DNA of 63,710 bases, filler included, from Craspedostauros australis (taxonomy: Eukaryota): NCBI GenBank assembly GCA_030167865.1. It is 19 parts of 19 records of this genome, joined end to end, with 100 filler letters (N's around TTAATTAATTAA, not from the genome) between each part and the next. Parts side by side here need not be neighbours in the genome. Positions count along the whole stretch, not along the records: positions 52,287 to 61,069 come from JALAGF010001467.1; positions 61,170 to 62,565 come from JALAGF010001468.1; positions 62,666 to 63,710 come from JALAGF010001476.1; 16 more parts are not named here. One strand, 5' to 3'. Below the pieces are notes generated by a model. It was not told the DNA's origin. It made no database searches and saw only the letters and a program-made list of their open reading frames with translations. The stretch's first letter is position 1; each line of letters starts with the position of its first letter. Made by a program: the position numbers and the translations under genes. Below are positions 59,650 to 63,710 of this stretch, one piece after another.

Positions 59650-60732
59650 GATGCGTTGTCGGCGTAAATGCTGATACGGTGGATGCTCGTCCCTGTGGAA
59701 TCCCCGCCAGTCCTGCTGCTGTTGGCGCCTGAGTTCCGCTGAGTACTCTTGAGCAGGTACGAGTGCAACTGACGTCCTATTCAACAATGTGCTCTGCCAC
59801 AGGTCTTGGGGGTGTTTGCACTTCAATTGACGTCGACGATGTCGGCGGGAACACTCTCCAGCCTGAACGATTCTCGCGGGTACATTTGCAAGCGTTGGCG
59901 TGCCTCAATCTATTTTTGATCTGATGTTATACCACCCGAGTTGGTGTTGGGATGTTCAACGACAACGCACACAGCCGCCGACGAAACACGCGGGGAAAGA
60001 TGGGGAGGTTCGGCGCTCACCAAGGTGCGCCAAGTTTCTTCCTTTCGTGACTTTTGGCGATGCAAAAAAATGTGGCCCACGAACCGCGACTGAGTCTTTG
60101 TCACGAAATCTATCATTACGACTCCTTCGAATAAGTCAGGTATACACGACTGGAACTAGGTAGAATGTCCATCGCGCCATTTCTAAAATTCCCTCTCTGC
60201 CTCTGTTCATGGAGAGAGGTGAAGTGTGAACATGCAAGGAAGACGCCGCTCATGTACGTACTTGAGGTGGAGTACGGTTACTTGCACAAGAATATACTCT
60301 AGGCAGATTACCCCGTGGACGAAGGTCAATTCCCCAACAAGAGGAGGGACAGAGGTCCATGTTCGCAGTTACAAACCGTACCCAGCCAGCATCGAGCGCA
60401 TCTACCTGCAGGAAGGTCGCCTACTCGCGAACAGGCGTTGCGATTTGAAGGTCTCTATCCTTTCGTTCTGAAAGCTTCGGGCTGGTTCCACCTTCCCAGG
60501 AGGGCCATTTGGGAAGCCATGCGTACGTGATGATCATGCGCTACTCAACAACGATTGCGTCTGCCAACACCTAGGAGCAGAATCACCATCGTAGCAAAAG
60601 ATGGCAGCAGGACGACACGCAGATGGAGGGGCAGTTGCACGACGTAAATCAAATCTATATTATGGTCACAGTTTAGGTACACAACGTATCAAGCCAACGT
60701 ATATCTGCCGTATCTGAGGCCAGGGACGGCGC

Positions 60733-61069
60733 TTAGAAGCACTTGCGATGGACGATGGATGGACCGGACTCGTCGTACTCCTCCTTGCTGATCCACATGC
60801 TCTGGAATGTAGACAGGGAAGCGAGGATGGATCCTCCGATCCACACGGAGTACTTTCGCTCCGGTGGGGCCACGATCTTGACCTTGATGGAGGCTGGGGC
60901 GAGGGCGGTGATCTCCTTCGACATGCGCTCGCTGATTCCTGGGAACATGGTGGTTCCTCCAGAAAGGACGATGTTGGCGTACAGGTCCTTGCGGATATCG
61001 ACATCGCACTTCATGATGGTCTGGAAGGTGGAGTCGCCAACACCGTCCATTTCGAGACCAGTCAAGTTA
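60733..61069 (-). CDS. ACT: Actin 3' part, complementary to the truncated copy A at the other scaffold end
   Basis: [11 protein letters not shown]...HRKCF. It shares the GVGD variant and 84 identical bases with 52287-52370, whereas copy B has GIGD. Confidence 0.97.
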
Positions 61070-61170
61070 NNNNNNNNNNNNNNNNNNNNNNNNNNNNNNN
61101 NNNNNNNNNNNNNTTAATTAATTAANNNNNNNNNNNNNNNNNNNNNNNNNNNNNNNNNNNNNNNNNNNNG

Positions 61171-62565
61171 TTGGATGACGACACCTATCGGTTGTTCACC
61201 CAACTAAAAGAGCCAGATGGTTCTTTTCGAAATCTAACCCTCATGACAGATCGGGGATACAATTGCCACAGCACTACCGCCTTCCTCACTACCAGGGGTG
61301 CCAATCTGGAGGGTACACACATGCGAGCTGGATACCTACCATTCACCTTCGGCCCATCCATTGGCAAGGGTGCACTTCAGATGAATATTGGGAGGAAGGG
61401 GCCAAGGATGGTGCATAGCGCTGTCACCAACAGCATTGGCAAACGTCAATTGACATGCTATGGATACCAACTCAATGAACAAACTGTACTTGCACTCTCC
61501 ACAAGATCAAGTGGCTTCGAGTGGGACCTCACCCTCAGCAACGCCAGTGACCAACAAAAGTACCAAGACATGGTGGAGGACAAGTATGGGAGCAATCCAA
61601 GATCCCCGCACTACCCACACTTCTTCCAAATGTGCACTGTCAATCCAACACGATCGTTGGCAGTCAGAGCTGCCATATCCAAACTCCCCTTGGCACAACC
61701 GGTGTTGTGGCTGCTGCATCCAAGAATGCCAAACAGCATTGGGCAGATATGGTGTGGGATCTGCCTGTGGATGGACTCACTTGTGGCCAGGGTGACCATC
61801 TGTGGTTCGTCCACCGCCGCTTCGCGTCCACAAGCACCTCCACCTACAGCATGATACAGAAGGTGCTTGAAAGTGGAGAGTGGTGCAACGCCAACAACGC
61901 CACCATATTCAATCAACCTGCATGGGAGTGCATTGGCCGCTACTTGGGATATGACGTGCTTGGTCGGAAGGCGAAGTACCACAATGCGTTGCAAGCAGAA
62001 AAGGCAAGATTGCGCGCACATGATTTATACTCCAAACTCACAACTCCCACCTTCGATTCCTGTCATGTTGAAATTGCACTTCTCTCCTCTCTCCGCGACG
62101 ATGCCCCTGAAGAGGATGCCTTCTCTGACAAAGAGTTCATCGAACTCATGGTTATGTTCTACCGCAGCGAGGCCCAGCGAACCAGAGCCACACGATGCAA
62201 AATGCTCCGCACCATCCTCGCTGATGACGACAAGGTTCGACGGCGATTCGTGGCTGTCAGCGACGCCTCCCTCAAGAAAGACCTCAAAGCTTGTCTCCCC
62301 AACACCAACACAACGAAAATGCCACGAGAGAAGGTTGTGGAGAGATTGGTTGCCCTGGGGATGAAGTAGATTGAGCAGGAGCCTGACCATCCATCCGGTT
62401 TCCAGGCAGGAAGCACCACTTCACAGTGGATGCACAAGCTTGACCACGACCTCACGACTCTCATGTTACAATCGTGGTTCATGAAGTTGGTTCGGGGCAA
62501 GGCTGGAAAGCTCGCCAAGGTGGGCCACAAAAACGAAGCTCCCCTCATGAAGCAGGCCCTCCACT
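61171..62565 (+). pseudogene. piggyBac/IS4-like DDE transposase remnant with long C-terminal extension
   Basis: LMTDRGY...FLTTRGANLEGTHMR fits the catalytic D-x-x-Y/F...GT.R block. Frameshift near 61650-61750 and in-frame TAG at 62367-62369. Confidence 0.6.
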
Positions 62566-62666
62566 NNNNNNNNNNNNNNNNNNNNNNNNNNNNNNNNNNN
62601 NNNNNNNNNTTAATTAATTAANNNNNNNNNNNNNNNNNNNNNNNNNNNNNNNNNNNNNNNNNNNNT

Positions 62667-63710
62667 GTGCCAGGCCATGGTGGCAGCACGATGATGCAAG
62701 TATACGTGGCCGTGGATTCTCGCTTCACCGCAGGATTCCCCATGACATCAGAGAAGCAAGTCGCTTCCACTCTCCAAGACTTCATCCGGCGTCATGGAGC
62801 TCCTGACCTCCTGATGTCCGATAACGCGAAATCCGAGATNNNNNNNNNNNNNNNNNNNNNNCTCCGACAGTACTCCATCGCTGATCATCAGAGCGAGCCG
62901 GAGCACCAGCACCAGAACGCCGCAGAGAGGCGTATCCAAGACATCAAGCGCATGGCGAACGGCATCATGGACAGGACGGGCACACCTGCTCGCTTCTGGC
63001 TCATATGCACCATGTACGTCATTGTGCTCTTCAACCACTTGGCTCAGCGCACGGCAGGTAACGTCACTCCGATGCAGGCAGCATACGGACACCGTCCCGA
63101 TGTGAGCAAGTTCCTTGCCTACCGTTGGTGGCAACCGGTGTACTACCGTGTGGAGAAACCTGGCTTTCCCAGCCAGTCCAAGGAACGAAAGGGGAGGTGG
63201 GCCGGACCCTGCCTCCACAAGGGTGACGAACTCACCTTCTGGGTGTTGGACGAAGATACCCAACAGCTCCTCCCTCGATCCTCGATCCGTGCAGCCGACG
63301 AGCACGGCTCCCGCAACCTACGTGTCGACTTTCCCCTGGCCGACGTTGGGGAGGAAGACGGCTCGGACACGAACCCACCTGATGATGGGGAGCTTGACGA
63401 CGACGTCCCAGTGCCTGATGGAATGCAACCAGTTGTCCATTCCCTCGGAGACGCCGTTCTTTTCGCTTCTGCGGAGTCCAATCCTGGAACGGCGGACATG
63501 GCAAGAGTCTCCATCCCTCGATTCACACCAGAGGATCTCATCGGCAAGACCTTCCTGTACGACCGTGACGGACAGAGAGTCAAGGCCGAAGTCATCCAAC
63601 GCGTCAACGATGCAGACGCTGCGAATCACCAACGAATCAAGATGTTGCTCGCCTTCGACGATGGAGCCACCAACGAACTCATCTCCTACGTCCAGCTGTC
63701 CGACATCATC
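62667..63710 (+). mobile_element. Ty1/copia (CoDi-like) integrase, open to window end and missing from the ORF track
   Basis: Manual translation: LQDFIRRHGAPDLLMSDNAKSE...SEPEHQHQNAAERRIQDIK...PDVSKFLAYRWWQPVYY...GRWAG...GDELTFWVL. Confidence 0.92.

Overview
This is eukaryotic DNA, almost certainly a diatom (probably pennate), based on a silicon transporter, CoDi-type copia elements, an Ambal-like LINE and a diatom-type secreted mucin. It is not one locus: 18 identical 100-bp spacers (44 N + TTAATTAATTAA + 44 N) join 19 unrelated short scaffolds, so adjacency across spacers means nothing. Host genes: a ~2258-aa secreted Pro/Ser/Thr mucin-like protein with a Cys-rich tail, a PGAP1-like lipase, a decayed prolyl oligopeptidase, an ankyrin protein, a silicon transporter (SIT) that looks degenerate, an NTF2-like protein, a STAND/AAA-ATPase-TPR protein, ASPM, a head-to-head actin pair and an OSCA/CSC1-like channel. 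Much of the rest is transposon debris (copia, gypsy, LINE, piggyBac-like, nested solo LTRs). Most interesting: (1) the actin-actin-channel scaffold has an exact 84-bp terminal overlap that rebuilds one actin gene, implying an 8,699-bp circle or collapsed tandem array; (2) the modular mucin; (3) a SIT with apparent CpG-type decay; (4) nested LTRs with 6-bp TSDs and a TA...TA-ended element; (5) copia gags followed by membrane-spanning segments. All family assignments come from motif recognition by eye; no searches were run.
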